DNA from: Fastidiosibacter lacustris
Lineage (GTDB): Bacteria > Pseudomonadota > Gammaproteobacteria > Francisellales > Francisellaceae
Length of the DNA stretch: 32,000 nt
Direction: 5' to 3'
Assembly: GCF_003428155.1 (NCBI RefSeq)
Contig: NZ_QLIR01000013.1
Location: 1-32,000 of the forward strand
Shown here one piece after another: positions 10,973-21,030 of the stretch. Within the stretch, counting starts at the first letter, position 1. Each line of letters starts with the position of its first letter. Below the pieces are notes generated by a model, which was not told where the DNA came from, searched no databases, and was given only the letters and a program-made list of their open reading frames with translations. Both the position numbers and the translations under genes were made by a program.

Positions 10973-11536
10973 ATGAAGAATGTGGCAATTGTTTATTTTA
11001 GTGGTTATGGTCATACCAAAAAGATAGCAGAGCATATTAAAATTGGCATTGAACAAAGTACAAAAGTATATGCAAGCTTAATAAATGTGGATGAGTTACA
11101 AGATGTGGATGCATTAAATGACTATGAAGCGATTGTTTTTGGTGCGCCAACTTATATGGGTTCTGTGCCTTATCAATTTAAGAAATTTATGGATGATGCT
11201 TCTAAAGTATGGCTTAAGAAGGCGTGGAAAGATAAACTTGCCGCGGGATTCACCAATTCTGGTGCTTTAAGTGGTGATAAATTTAACGTTTTGATGCAGC
11301 TTTGCACCTTTGCTTGCCAACATGGCATGCTTTGGTTATCGCTAGGTATTGACAATACTTCAGGACAAAATGAGTTTAGTACAGGTCATATCGAGGCACT
11401 AAATCGCATGGGAGGATCTTTGGGACTCATGACACAATCTGAAAATGACTCACCAGAAGTAACCCCTCCAATTGGAGATAAGCGTACGGCTGAATTATTT
11501 GGACAACGTATTGCACATTATGTAATAAAACTATAG
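10973..11536 (+). CDS. Flavodoxin-fold NAD(P)H-dependent oxidoreductase, WrbA-like
   Basis: MKNVAIVYFSGYGHTKKIAEHI (flavodoxin P-loop), VFGAPTYMGSVPYQFKKFMDD, AAGFTNSGALSGDK, WLSLGIDN. ORF 10904 extended; the likely start is ATG 10973 or 10955. Confidence 0.85.
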   Translation: MKNVAIVYFSGYGHTKKIAEHIKIGIEQSTKVYASLINVDELQDVDALNDYEAIVFGAPTYMGSVPYQFKKFMDDASKVWLKKAWKDKLAAGFTNSGALSGDKFNVLMQLCTFACQHGMLWLSLGIDNTSGQNEFSTGHIEALNRMGGSLGLMTQSENDSPEVTPPIGDKRTAELFGQRIAHYVIKL

Positions 11537-11747
11537 TCAAATACTTAATATTTTTTAGCCATGCTTGTTGTTGTTTGCTTTGCATAAAGTAGCTACCATA
11601 CTAGTATTGAACAGCATATTGGTTTTGAGATGGTTGACTCATGTTTTGGTATCAGGGTTGTTTCTGTACAAAACCACCTCTTGATTTTAAGAACCAGAAA
11701 AAAATTAGAAAGGTTAACCCAAAATAAGGTAACGAAGGATATAAAGC

Positions 11748-12164
11748 ATGAATGATCATACAACTGCATTCAAAGTGTTGGAAAATTATGGGAATTTAGT
11801 TATTAGAACTGTACCAATGCCATCTGATTGTAATCATGGTGGCACTATTTTTGGTGGTTGGATACTCAGTCAAATAGACATAGGCGCAAGCCTTGCGGCA
11901 ATTCATTACAGTAGTGGGCGTGTTGTTACGAAGGCTGTAGAAAAGGTTACCTTTATTAAACCTATCCACGTTCATAACCAAGTTGATATTTATGCAAAAT
12001 TATCAAAAGTTGGTAACACTTCTGTAACTTTCGATGTTTATGTTTTTGTAAGTAGTCGAACAAGTATAAATGAATTAGCGGTTACTGCTAATATTGTTTT
12101 TGTGAGAATTGATGATAACCACAAACCTATAGGCATATCAAAACTAAAGAAAGAAAGTAACTAA
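11748..12164 (+). CDS. Acyl-CoA thioesterase, YciA-like hotdog fold
   Basis: 138-aa ORF: RTVPMPSDCNHGGTIFGGWILSQIDIGASLAAIHYSSGRVVTKAVEKVTFIKPIHVHNQVDIYAKLSKVGNTSVTFDVYVF. Confidence 0.88.
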   Translation: MNDHTTAFKVLENYGNLVIRTVPMPSDCNHGGTIFGGWILSQIDIGASLAAIHYSSGRVVTKAVEKVTFIKPIHVHNQVDIYAKLSKVGNTSVTFDVYVFVSSRTSINELAVTANIVFVRIDDNHKPIGISKLKKESN

Positions 12165-12170
12165 CAGTAC

Positions 12171-13913
12171 TCAGTAACAAGGAGCCTTTTGAAAAATACT
12201 ACTTTGCTTAATACAAACTTTTTGTAGAATACTTTCAATTGCACATGAAATTTCTTCTTTTATTTGCGTTTTGCGGCATTTGTATTCAATTACGTTGTTT
12301 TCAAGGCCACGCTCACCGATAATAAGCTGATGCGGAATACCAATTAAATCCGCATCAGCAAACATAATCCCCGCGCGTTCTTTGCGATCATCAAACAAAA
12401 CCTCAAAACCTGCTGCTCTTAGATCATTATACAATTTGTTTGCCTCTTCAAATACGCGTCCTGATTTGTGCATATTCATAGGAATGATAACAATATCGTA
12501 TGGGGCAATCTCTCGTGGCCAGATAATTCCATTTTCATCATGTGATTGTTCGATAGCAGCAGCAATTACGCGTGAAATACCAAAGCCGTAACATCCCATA
12601 ATCAAATCTTGCTTTTTGCCATTTTCATCTAAAATGCTTGCATTCATTACTTTGGAATAATGCTCGCCTAATTGAAAAATATGACCCACTTCAATGCCAT
12701 TTGTTTGCTGTAACCTACCATTCCCATCAGGAGAGAGATCTCCTATCACAACGTTACGAATATCTTCTACCACATAATCGTTGACGTCGCGTTGCCAATT
12801 TGCGCCAAATAAGTGAAAACCATCTTCATTTGCACCACAAACAAAATCGCTTAACATAGCCGCGCTATAATCAACGATAACAGTAATAGGCGAGTTAACA
12901 GGACCAAGTGAACCTGTAGTTGCACCATATACATGCTGGATATCAGCATCAGTTGCAAAATTAAAAGGTGCCGTGATTTGCGGAAGTTTGCTTACTTTAA
13001 TTTCATTGAGATCATGATCGCCACAGAGCACTAAAGCAAAGAATTTGTTACGGCTATCCTTTATCACGATTGTTTTAACTACTTGTGCTGCTGAAATAGA
13101 AAAAGCTTCGCATAGTTGAGTGATTGTTTTTAAATTTGGTGTCGCTTTTTTTGTTAACTCTTCTGCTGACTTTGCTCGCTTTGTTAAATCTGGCTTTAAA
13201 TATTCTGCCATTTCAATATTTGCCGCATAATCGCTTTGATCACTATAGCAGACAATATCTTCACCCACTCTAGCTAGTACCTGAAACTCATGAGTCTTAC
13301 TTCCTCCAATGGCACCTGCATCGGCATTAACGACACGAAACTCAAGGTTAATACGCTTCAAGATATTGCAGTAAGCAGCGTGCATTTTTTGATAAGTTTC
13401 CTCTAGGCATTTATAGCTATTGTGAAAAGAATAGGCATCTTTCATAATAAACTCACGTGCACGCATAACCCCAAAGCGTGGACGAATTTCATCACGAAAC
13501 TTAGTTTGTATTTGGTAGAGATTAAGAGGGAGTTGCTTATAGCTTTTGATTTCTTTGCGGGCAATATCAACAATAGGTTCTTCGTGTGTAGGACCATAGC
13601 AGAAATCACGATTATGACGATCTTGCATTTTCAAAAGCTCAGGACCAAATTTTTGCCAACGATGCGTTTCTTGTAAAAGCTCCGCAGGTAAGATACTCGG
13701 CATTAAAATCTCACTAGCGCCTGCTTTGTTCATTTCTTCACGAATAATGGTTTGTACTTTTTGTAGTACTTTCACGCCGGTGGGTAACCATTGGTAAATC
13801 CCCGAAGCAAGTCTACGAATTAAACCTGCTCTTAACATGTATTGATGGCTAATCAATTCAGCATCTTTAGGTATTTCTTTCTCGGTTGCAAGTAGGGTTT
13901 GTGAGACTCTCAT
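12171..13913 (-). CDS. proS: Prolyl-tRNA synthetase (bacterial long form with insertion domain)
   Basis: 580-aa ORF: [92 protein letters not shown]. Confidence 0.96.
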   Translation of the reverse strand: MRVSQTLLATEKEIPKDAELISHQYMLRAGLIRRLASGIYQWLPTGVKVLQKVQTIIREEMNKAGASEILMPSILPAELLQETHRWQKFGPELLKMQDRHNRDFCYGPTHEEPIVDIARKEIKSYKQLPLNLYQIQTKFRDEIRPRFGVMRAREFIMKDAYSFHNSYKCLEETYQKMHAAYCNILKRINLEFRVVNADAGAIGGSKTHEFQVLARVGEDIVCYSDQSDYAANIEMAEYLKPDLTKRAKSAEELTKKATPNLKTITQLCEAFSISAAQVVKTIVIKDSRNKFFALVLCGDHDLNEIKVSKLPQITAPFNFATDADIQHVYGATTGSLGPVNSPITVIVDYSAAMLSDFVCGANEDGFHLFGANWQRDVNDYVVEDIRNVVIGDLSPDGNGRLQQTNGIEVGHIFQLGEHYSKVMNASILDENGKKQDLIMGCYGFGISRVIAAAIEQSHDENGIIWPREIAPYDIVIIPMNMHKSGRVFEEANKLYNDLRAAGFEVLFDDRKERAGIMFADADLIGIPHQLIIGERGLENNVIEYKCRKTQIKEEISCAIESILQKVCIKQSSIFQKAPCY

Positions 13914-13949
13914 AATTGATTTGTCAAAAAGGCAATAAGTATGCTTACG

Positions 13950-14201
13950 TTAGCTGGTTTTATGGTTTGGTTCAAGGGTATTTTCAGAATTTGTCGATTT
14001 TGGTTTATTGGTAAATAGCAAGTTGCGTAAGAAGGTATATAACACCATGAGAAGTGGTGCAAGATATACCCAATAAATGGCATGTCCTTTGACAATAATG
14101 CTGAAGTTATTGAAATAAAAAACGATCGTTAGCGTTGCAATAAAGGCAATGCAGGAAAGAAAGAAAATAGTATCGGCAACATAGCGTAGCTTTTGTTTCA
14201 T
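13950..14201 (-). CDS. Small hypothetical membrane protein (two predicted TM segments)
   Basis: 83-aa ORF preceded by a near-perfect Shine-Dalgarno (AGGAGG) on the minus strand. Hydrophobic stretches FFLSCIAFIATLTIVFYF and YWVYLAPLLMVLYTFL. Upstream of proS, same strand. Confidence 0.7.
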   Translation of the reverse strand: MKQKLRYVADTIFFLSCIAFIATLTIVFYFNNFSIIVKGHAIYWVYLAPLLMVLYTFLRNLLFTNKPKSTNSENTLEPNHKTS

Positions 14202-14536
14202 GGTGAAACCTCCTGAATTAATTGGAAAATACTTTACTTCAGAATAAATGGGTAATTTATGTCTAGCATTTTAAAGATTAAAAATAGACTAGAAAGTAAA
14301 ATTACAGCAGGCGTGCAAAAAAGTTAATACTGAATTATTTTTGGAATTTTTGGTTGTGATATACAAAACAACAATCTGTCTTATACGTACGAAATGTGAT
14401 TGTGTCTAGGCATAATTATTCAGATAGATCAATTTAAACAATATAATCATTTACAAAAATAAAAAAAACGCAACCAAAAAAAACTTAATAGCTATAGCGA
14501 AAAACATTAAAATTATGTAAATAAACGTTATGGAAT

Positions 14537-15337
14537 ATGTTTAGTAATGGGTTATATAAAATGAACCAAACAAGGAAAATAATATTTTTGTTAGTAGCAT
14601 TGGGAGGTGGTTTTTTCTATCATCAAACTTCTGCAAATCAGACTACAATCATCAAAGAAAAGCCTAGTGACTTTATCAATATTAAGAGTGTTATACCAAC
14701 TATTCAAGTATCAGTAAGATATTATACTGATAATAATTTTGTTGGAAGAAGAATAAAAGGTTATGAGACTCCCGTGTGTCTTTTAACAAAAAAAGCCACT
14801 TTAGCACTTAAAAAAGTTCAAGATCAACTCCTTCCAATGGGGCTTTCATTAAAAGTGTATGATTGCTATCGACCTCAAACTGCTGTTAATGATTTTGCTG
14901 ATTGGGCAGAAAACCTTAATGAAACACAAATGAGAACCGAATATTATCCAACAGTAGATAAATCTAATTTATTCAAAGAGGGATATATCGATTATCACTC
15001 TGGTCATAGTAGAGGAAGTACAGTGGATTTGACTATAATTCCGTTAGATTCAAAAATCCCCATATACGATCCTAAGAAAAAACAAGCTCCTTGTACCTCA
15101 GCTCAACATTTACGTTCACCTGATAATAGTTTAGATTTTGGAACAGGTTTTGATTGTTTCAGTCCAATGTCTCATCCTAGCTATCAAAATTTGTCTCCTC
15201 AAATTAAAGCAAATAGACTATTACTTCGTACGCTTATGATAGAGGCAGGATTTAAACCACTAGAAACAGAATGGTGGCATTTCACGTTAAAAGAGGAACC
15301 TTATCCAAAGATCTATTTTGATTTCCCTGTTCAATAG
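14537..15337 (+). CDS. Exported D-alanyl-D-alanine dipeptidase, VanX/DdpX-like (M15D)
   Basis: Signal-like N-terminus (start probably ATG 14561). VanX-type motifs: VKVYDCYRPQTAVNDF, YHSGHSRGSTVDLTII, ETEWWHFTLKEEPYPKIYFDFPV. Confidence 0.9.
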   Translation: MFSNGLYKMNQTRKIIFLLVALGGGFFYHQTSANQTTIIKEKPSDFINIKSVIPTIQVSVRYYTDNNFVGRRIKGYETPVCLLTKKATLALKKVQDQLLPMGLSLKVYDCYRPQTAVNDFADWAENLNETQMRTEYYPTVDKSNLFKEGYIDYHSGHSRGSTVDLTIIPLDSKIPIYDPKKKQAPCTSAQHLRSPDNSLDFGTGFDCFSPMSHPSYQNLSPQIKANRLLLRTLMIEAGFKPLETEWWHFTLKEEPYPKIYFDFPVQ

Positions 15338-15359
15338 CACTCTTACATATTTAGATTAA

Positions 15360-16574
15360 TTACAGTGCTTCACCAAGCTTGAACATTGGAATATACATGC
15401 TAACAACTAAGAAACCTACAATACAGCCAAGTACAATCATGATAACAGGTTCAAGTGCACTGCTTAAATTGGTAACCAACACATCAACATCCTCTTCGTA
15501 AATTTTAGCAATATTTGCCAGCATCTCTTCTATTTGACCAGACTCTTCACCAACAGAAATCATCTGTAACATCATCCCTGGGAAAGCCCCCGTTTCAGAA
15601 GCAGCATATAGCATCGAACGCCCTTTTGAAACTTCATCACGAATAAATAACGTCGCTTTTTCATATTTGGTATTCCCTGTAGCGTTGGCAACAGTAGTTA
15701 AAGCATCAAGCAAAGGCATTCCTGCTGCGGAAGTCGTCTCTAATGTACGTGCAAACCTTGCCAATGAAGACTTTTGGATCACCTTACCGATAACAGGCAA
15801 CTTCAATAGCAAATAGTCTTGCCAAACATTGATTTTCGGATAACGTTTCTTGGAAAATTTAAATCCAACTATGAATACAATAATAAACGAAACAAGCACC
15901 CACCAATATTTCTGGCTAAATTCGGATAAATCAATGGTGATCTTGGTGATCTTTGGCAAGGGTGTTCCCGATGATATAAAAATATTGGCAAAAGCAGGCA
16001 CTGCATAATTCAGTAAAATCCAAGTCACTAAAATAGCAACGCCAATCACCATCGCTGGATATGTTAAGGCTTTTTTCACCTTTTTTTTGATAGTGTGCAA
16101 CGATTCCCTGTGGCTAGCAACACGATCTAACATAACGTCTAAAGTCCCAGATTCCTCTCCCACTGCACATAAGCTACAGAATAATTTATCGAAATACTTA
16201 GGGTGATTGCGTAATGTATCACTAAAGTAATTACCACTTTCAACACTTTGTTTAATCTGAATTAACAGTTTTTTAAAGCTTTTGTTATTGCTTGATTCCA
16301 TAATAGTGTCAAGCGCACGAATAATAGGAACACCAGCTTGCGACATTGTAGCAAGCTGACGTGAAAAAAGGGTGACCTCTTCACTTTTAATCCGTTGTGG
16401 AAAAAGTTCGAGTGGTTGTTTTTTGATTTTTAAAACCTTAAATCCATTGCGTTCAACTTGAGCCTTGGCAAGATCAATATTAATGGCTTCAATAATACCG
16501 TTAGTTTTGATATTCCGCTTATCATAACCTGTCCATAGAAAAGTTTTTTTCTTTAATTTAACACCTGCCTTCAT
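15360..16574 (-). CDS. pilC: Type IV pilus inner-membrane platform protein PilC
   Basis: 404-aa ORF with duplicated T2SF domains: FSRQLATMSQAGVPIIRALDTIMESS, FARTLETTSAAGMPLLDALTTVANATGN, MISVGEESGQIEEMLANIAKIYEEDVD. Confidence 0.94.
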   Translation of the reverse strand: MKAGVKLKKKTFLWTGYDKRNIKTNGIIEAINIDLAKAQVERNGFKVLKIKKQPLELFPQRIKSEEVTLFSRQLATMSQAGVPIIRALDTIMESSNNKSFKKLLIQIKQSVESGNYFSDTLRNHPKYFDKLFCSLCAVGEESGTLDVMLDRVASHRESLHTIKKKVKKALTYPAMVIGVAILVTWILLNYAVPAFANIFISSGTPLPKITKITIDLSEFSQKYWWVLVSFIIVFIVGFKFSKKRYPKINVWQDYLLLKLPVIGKVIQKSSLARFARTLETTSAAGMPLLDALTTVANATGNTKYEKATLFIRDEVSKGRSMLYAASETGAFPGMMLQMISVGEESGQIEEMLANIAKIYEEDVDVLVTNLSSALEPVIMIVLGCIVGFLVVSMYIPMFKLGEAL

Positions 16575-16607
16575 GATTATAACCCTTTATTGCATTTTAT
16601 TTTTAAC

Positions 16608-18314
16608 CTAGGTTGAGGTCACACGATGCGCTTCTTCTATCGAAGTAATGCCGTGAACAACTTTTATTAAAGCAGATTGCTGTAAGTTATCGATACCTTC
16701 ACGTTGTGCTTGCTCAGCTAGTGTTAGTGTGCTTCGCCCTTCAACAATCAAGCGACTCATGGCCAAACTCAGTGGCATCACTTCGTAAATAGCAATACGT
16801 CCTCTATAACCTTTAAAGCAACGTGTACAACCATTAGGATTACTGCGATAAGCAGTAAAGTCTTTTTCAAGATGTTGTGGGCGAATACCCATATCAAGCA
16901 GTAACTGACGTGTAACATCAGGGGCTGGTCTTTTGCAATGGGGACAAAGTTTTCTAGCCAAGCGTTGAGCAATGATGAGTGAGACTGAAGAAATAATATT
17001 ATAATGCGGGATTCCCATATCTAATAAGCGATTAAGGGTTTCAGGAGCACTATTAGTATGAATGGTTGATAGCACTAAATGACCTGTTTGTGCAGCTTTA
17101 ATTGCTATATCAGCCGTTTCGAAGTCTCGAATCTCACCGATCATGATAATATCAGGATCTTGACGTAAAAATGCTTTCAAGGCACGTGCAAAAGTCAAAC
17201 CTTGTTTGTTATTGATTTGCACTTGATTGATACCATTGACGTTAATCTCGACTGGATCTTCTGCAGTTGAGATATTTTTTTCTACCGTGTTGATGATATG
17301 TAAGCCTGTATAAAGCGTTATCGTTTTACCACTTCCAGTTGGTCCTGTAACGAGAATCATACCCTGAGATTGGTTAAGCGCAGATAAATAGATCTTTTGT
17401 TGATGAGACTCAAGACCAAGTTTATCTATACTCAAATATGTCTTGGCTTGATCAAGAATCCTAAGTACAATTTTTTCACCAAAAGCAGTTGGACAAACAC
17501 TGACTCTAAAATCAATCACATGTGTTTTTGAAATTTTGAGTTTAAAGCGCCCATCTTGTGGAATGCGTCTCTCAGCAATATTTAGCTGAGCCATAATCTT
17601 GATTCTAGAGGCCGTACGGGCAGAGATTTTAAGTGGTGGAAAAGCAATTTCCTGTAACATCCCATCGATACGGTAGCGAATGCGAAAATTCGTAGCGTAA
17701 GGTTCAAAGTGAATATCTGATGCACCTTTATTGATAGCATCAACAATAATTTTATTAACGTACTTGATAACGGGTTCATCATTATCGCCAAAATCATCGT
17801 CTTCTTTAAACTCATCCCCTTCGACAATATCAAGGTCAATTTCTTCAAGCTCCATACCTTCAAGAGTTTTAAGCGCATCATCAGTTGTATTTTCTGTGAC
17901 CTCTTTAATTAATTTACTCAACATGCCTTCTTCAACGATGACTTGCTCGATATCCAAATTGCTAAAGAAACGATATTCTCTTATTGCATTTAAATTTAAT
18001 GGGTCACTAGTGGCCAATAATAGCATTTTTTTATGCTTATACAGCGGCAAGCAATGACATTCGGTGATTAATCGTTCATTTAGATACTTGCGCGGGAAGA
18101 ATTCCAAGTCATAAGCATTTAAATCAAATAAAGTAAGATTGAAAAATTTAGCAGCTTCAATCGCAAACAATTTACTATCTAGTAACTTATTGCTGACCAA
18201 ATGACTAATCAGGCGCTCATCTGCTTTATCGGCAGCCTTGATTACTTCATCAAGCACCTCACTTGCAATAAGATTTTGACTCAATAGAAAACTACTAATT
18301 CCGTGCTGACTCAT
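16608..18314 (-). CDS. pilB: Type IV pilus assembly ATPase PilB
   Basis: Walker A GMILVTGPTGSGKTITLYTGL, Asp and His boxes, HTNSAPETLNRLLDMGIPHYN, CxxC pair (CPHCKR, CTRCFKGYRGRIAIYEVMP). Start MSQHG at 18314 preferred over the TTG at 18326. Confidence 0.95.
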   Translation of the reverse strand: MSQHGISSFLLSQNLIASEVLDEVIKAADKADERLISHLVSNKLLDSKLFAIEAAKFFNLTLFDLNAYDLEFFPRKYLNERLITECHCLPLYKHKKMLLLATSDPLNLNAIREYRFFSNLDIEQVIVEEGMLSKLIKEVTENTTDDALKTLEGMELEEIDLDIVEGDEFKEDDDFGDNDEPVIKYVNKIIVDAINKGASDIHFEPYATNFRIRYRIDGMLQEIAFPPLKISARTASRIKIMAQLNIAERRIPQDGRFKLKISKTHVIDFRVSVCPTAFGEKIVLRILDQAKTYLSIDKLGLESHQQKIYLSALNQSQGMILVTGPTGSGKTITLYTGLHIINTVEKNISTAEDPVEINVNGINQVQINNKQGLTFARALKAFLRQDPDIIMIGEIRDFETADIAIKAAQTGHLVLSTIHTNSAPETLNRLLDMGIPHYNIISSVSLIIAQRLARKLCPHCKRPAPDVTRQLLLDMGIRPQHLEKDFTAYRSNPNGCTRCFKGYRGRIAIYEVMPLSLAMSRLIVEGRSTLTLAEQAQREGIDNLQQSALIKVVHGITSIEEAHRVTST

Positions 18315-18448
18315 AGGTATTATCAATGGTCCATTTATGCTTCAGTATAGGCATAAACTATCGAATTTTCTATGTAAATTTAAGAAGATATACCAAGCCC
18401 AGGGATATCTCGAATTATTTTGTGGTAGTGGGCAAAGTTACTTTTGAG

Positions 18449-18976
18449 TTAGCCAAACAAAATAAGCTTGCGCCACCAAGCCTTGTTATGAATGTTTTTT
18501 TCAACTTTTTCACGTTTAATAGCTAACGATGTCCTTAAGTCATTCGGAGTTAAACGATGGGAAGCAAAATCATTGTTGGTTAATGGTGCTTGTGCACTTT
18601 TAAAAGCAGCATCAATCAGTTCAGAACAAAACCATTTATTATGGTCATTCAACCAATTACGTCGCCAAAGCCCAAGTCCTAAAGCAGAAATATAGTCATA
18701 TTTTTTACCCCACTGTCTAATAAGAAAATCAATTAAAGCCGCTTTTTGCTGATCGTTAATTTGAGTCACCCATGTTTCAAGCACATCTTGTGATTTTCTT
18801 AGCTTCTCATACGAACGTTTATAGACACCGAGTGAGCCGCTACTACTATAGCATTCACCATCGATTTGTACTTCAACATGCGAAAAATGAGAGCGCGTTA
18901 CCCAGCGAATACCATAACTTATTGCGCGATAGCTGTATCCAAAATAAATATATATTGTGTGCATGATGACACACAC
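18449..18976 (-). CDS. Permuted papain/NlpC-P60-like cysteine hydrolase (YiiX/YaeF-like)
   Basis: 175-aa ORF with His motif SHFSHVEVQIDGECY and Cys motif KWFCSELIDAAFKSA, in the order expected for circularly permuted NlpC/P60 proteins. Exact family placement not confirmed. Confidence 0.6.
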   Translation of the reverse strand: MCVIMHTIYIYFGYSYRAISYGIRWVTRSHFSHVEVQIDGECYSSSGSLGVYKRSYEKLRKSQDVLETWVTQINDQQKAALIDFLIRQWGKKYDYISALGLGLWRRNWLNDHNKWFCSELIDAAFKSAQAPLTNNDFASHRLTPNDLRTSLAIKREKVEKNIHNKAWWRKLILFG

Positions 18977-19042
18977 TCCTATACTGCCTGTCCTTGATGT
19001 AAGGAGTATAGCAAAAATAGTTTGTGAGCGATAAAATAAACT

Positions 19043-19672
19043 TTACTTTTGCTTGTCAGAGATATTCGAAAATTGAATTAACATGTGATTGCCTTGTGCT
19101 TCATTGACTAATATACGCGTGACGTACTTCTCACCTATAATCTCAATGCTATCAATAGCTTTATTTAAAGGTGAGTCAATGGGTTTTAAGCCCAAGTGCC
19201 AATTATTATTACATTCGATAAAGTAGATATCAAAATATTGTTTTAATGCTTCTGTATTGCCTTTAAAAATCGATAAAAAAATATGGGTAAAAGAAAATAC
19301 AATCGGTTGTTCTTTTTTAGTAATGACCATTGCCTGTTTCCCTTCAATTGATTGTTGAATTTTATCTTCTGTGATCATCAGTATTGATTTAAAGGGTTTT
19401 TGTTGCAACCATTGTAAACCATCAGTTTTGGAAAGATGGAAAACACCACTGGAAATAAGTGGCTTTGATAAAAGCTTCATATAACGTGTTTGGGTAAAAT
19501 CACCATAAACATTATCAATTTTAGCCTGGGCATTTTGCACTTTCATAAAAGCAACTTCATTTTTCGCAGATAAAGGATGATAAAAAATACTGTTTTTGCT
19601 TGCAGCCAAGCTCCCATTAAAGAAAAAAATAAAAATTAAAGTAGGGAAAGTGATATGTATACGGAATTGCAT
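19043..19672 (-). CDS. Exported LolA-like outer-membrane lipoprotein carrier-related protein (APE-cluster type)
   Basis: 209-aa ORF with signal peptide and LolA-like pattern (AKIDNVYGDFTQTRYMKLLSKPLISSGVFHLSKTDGLQWLQQKPFKS). Last gene of an overlapping operon with thioesterase, acyltransferase, GT2 and dehydratase. Confidence 0.75.
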   Translation of the reverse strand: MQFRIHITFPTLIFIFFFNGSLAASKNSIFYHPLSAKNEVAFMKVQNAQAKIDNVYGDFTQTRYMKLLSKPLISSGVFHLSKTDGLQWLQQKPFKSILMITEDKIQQSIEGKQAMVITKKEQPIVFSFTHIFLSIFKGNTEALKQYFDIYFIECNNNWHLGLKPIDSPLNKAIDSIEIIGEKYVTRILVNEAQGNHMLIQFSNISDKQK

Positions 19673-19673
19673 G

Positions 19674-20093
19674 TTAAAAACTCTTTATTTTTTCGATTAA
19701 ACACAAGGGTGAAACAAATTGTAGTTGTTGGGTTTTAAGATCAATAGCAAGTTGAGTAGTATGTCCCTTGGTGAGTTTTTGTTGGCTTGATTTATCGACA
19801 ATAAGATAGGCAATTTTCAGGCGATTCTGATACTCAATAATACTACTTACAACTTGAATAGTTTGCCCAAATACAGCAGGTCGAATATATTTAATCTGTA
19901 AATCGACGATTGGCCACATATAACCACTTGCTGCCATATCATTATAGTTATAACCTATTTCATTCAAAAGTTCGCATCGAGCGACTTCAAAGTACTTTAC
20001 ATAATGACCATGCCAAGCAATATGTAAGCTATCAATATCATAAAATGGAACACGTATCTCAGTTAAATGTGAAATGGTTTTGCTACTGATCAT
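19674..20093 (-). CDS. Hotdog-fold acyl-CoA/acyl-ACP thioesterase (4HBT/YbgC-like)
   Basis: IRVPFYDIDSLHIAWHGHYVKYFEVARCELLNEIGYNYNDM is the 4HBT signature. ATG at 20093 preferred over 20180, leaving an 11-nt overlap with the upstream gene. Confidence 0.85.
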   Translation of the reverse strand: MISSKTISHLTEIRVPFYDIDSLHIAWHGHYVKYFEVARCELLNEIGYNYNDMAASGYMWPIVDLQIKYIRPAVFGQTIQVVSSIIEYQNRLKIAYLIVDKSSQQKLTKGHTTQLAIDLKTQQLQFVSPLCLIEKIKSF

Positions 20094-21030
20094 TCCTACC
20101 CCAAAAGTCAAAAAAATTGAACCATTGTGTTGGATATTGTATGCAATGCCAAGCAATAAAATCACTATATTGTTGTGCATATTGGTTTAATATAAGCTGG
20201 CGATTGTGACGAGGAAGCTTAATGCTTTGAGCAAATGACTCAAAAACAACATTAAAACGCTTTTTTTGTTTTAAGCATAGCATCGTATAGACCGGTGCTT
20301 GTAAAATTGCTGAAAGTATGAAAGGTCCTTGTGGCAAAATGCACTTTTCACCTAAAAACTCAACCCAAATAGTGTGATTAGGATGATTAACAGAGATGCG
20401 ATCACAGGCTATGATAATAAACTCACCTTGGTCAATTTTTTGTTGTAACTGAATGGCAAAAACAAGATCGATATGCTCAATTGAAATTAAACTCAATTGC
20501 GAATCAGCGTTAACTTGGGTCAACAACGTATTGAATTTCTGAGCATGCTGATTAAAGATTAAGGCATTAACTTTAAGTTTAGGTATCAAACCAGACAATG
20601 CGCGCATCACTTCAATATTGCCTAGGTGCGCACTAAAAATAATAGCCCCTTGTTTTTTATTAACCAGATCAAGTAAAAGCTCACGATTTGGAAAGTGTAA
20701 GTCATGACGCGTGATGATTTTATTCCATACTGCAACCTTGTCAATTAAGCTTTTACCAAAACTCATAAAATGGCGAAAAGGCTGTGGTTTTATGACTATA
20801 TTTTTTTGTGCAGCGTAACGTTGTAAATGTATAAAATATTGCCAAGAAGCTTTACGCGCACCACGTGAAAAAAGATAGAAATAAACTATAGCAGGGAACA
20901 TCAATACATAAGTTACCCGTCTACCAAGCAGTTTAAAACAGATAAGCATGAATTTAAGTCCTATTATGCTTCCTTTTTCAGGTAACTTTGACCAGTGTTT
21001 ATGCTGGCTACGACCTTGATTATTTGTCAT
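20083..21030 (-). CDS. LpxL/HtrB-like lysophospholipid acyltransferase
   Basis: 315-aa ORF: HWSKLPEKGSIIGLKFMLICFKLLGRRVTYVLMFPAIVYFYLFSRGARKASWQYF, with GAIIFSAHLGNIEVMRAL (HxxxxE active-site motif). Confidence 0.85.
   Translation of the reverse strand: MTNNQGRSQHKHWSKLPEKGSIIGLKFMLICFKLLGRRVTYVLMFPAIVYFYLFSRGARKASWQYFIHLQRYAAQKNIVIKPQPFRHFMSFGKSLIDKVAVWNKIITRHDLHFPNRELLLDLVNKKQGAIIFSAHLGNIEVMRALSGLIPKLKVNALIFNQHAQKFNTLLTQVNADSQLSLISIEHIDLVFAIQLQQKIDQGEFIIIACDRISVNHPNHTIWVEFLGEKCILPQGPFILSAILQAPVYTMLCLKQKKRFNVVFESFAQSIKLPRHNRQLILNQYAQQYSDFIAWHCIQYPTQWFNFFDFWGRNDQ

Noticed and set aside
17731-18057. 108-aa Ser-rich ORF opposite pilB
   Set aside because: Antisense to the acidic pilB linker region; Ser/Ile runs arise from reverse reading of Glu/Asp codons.
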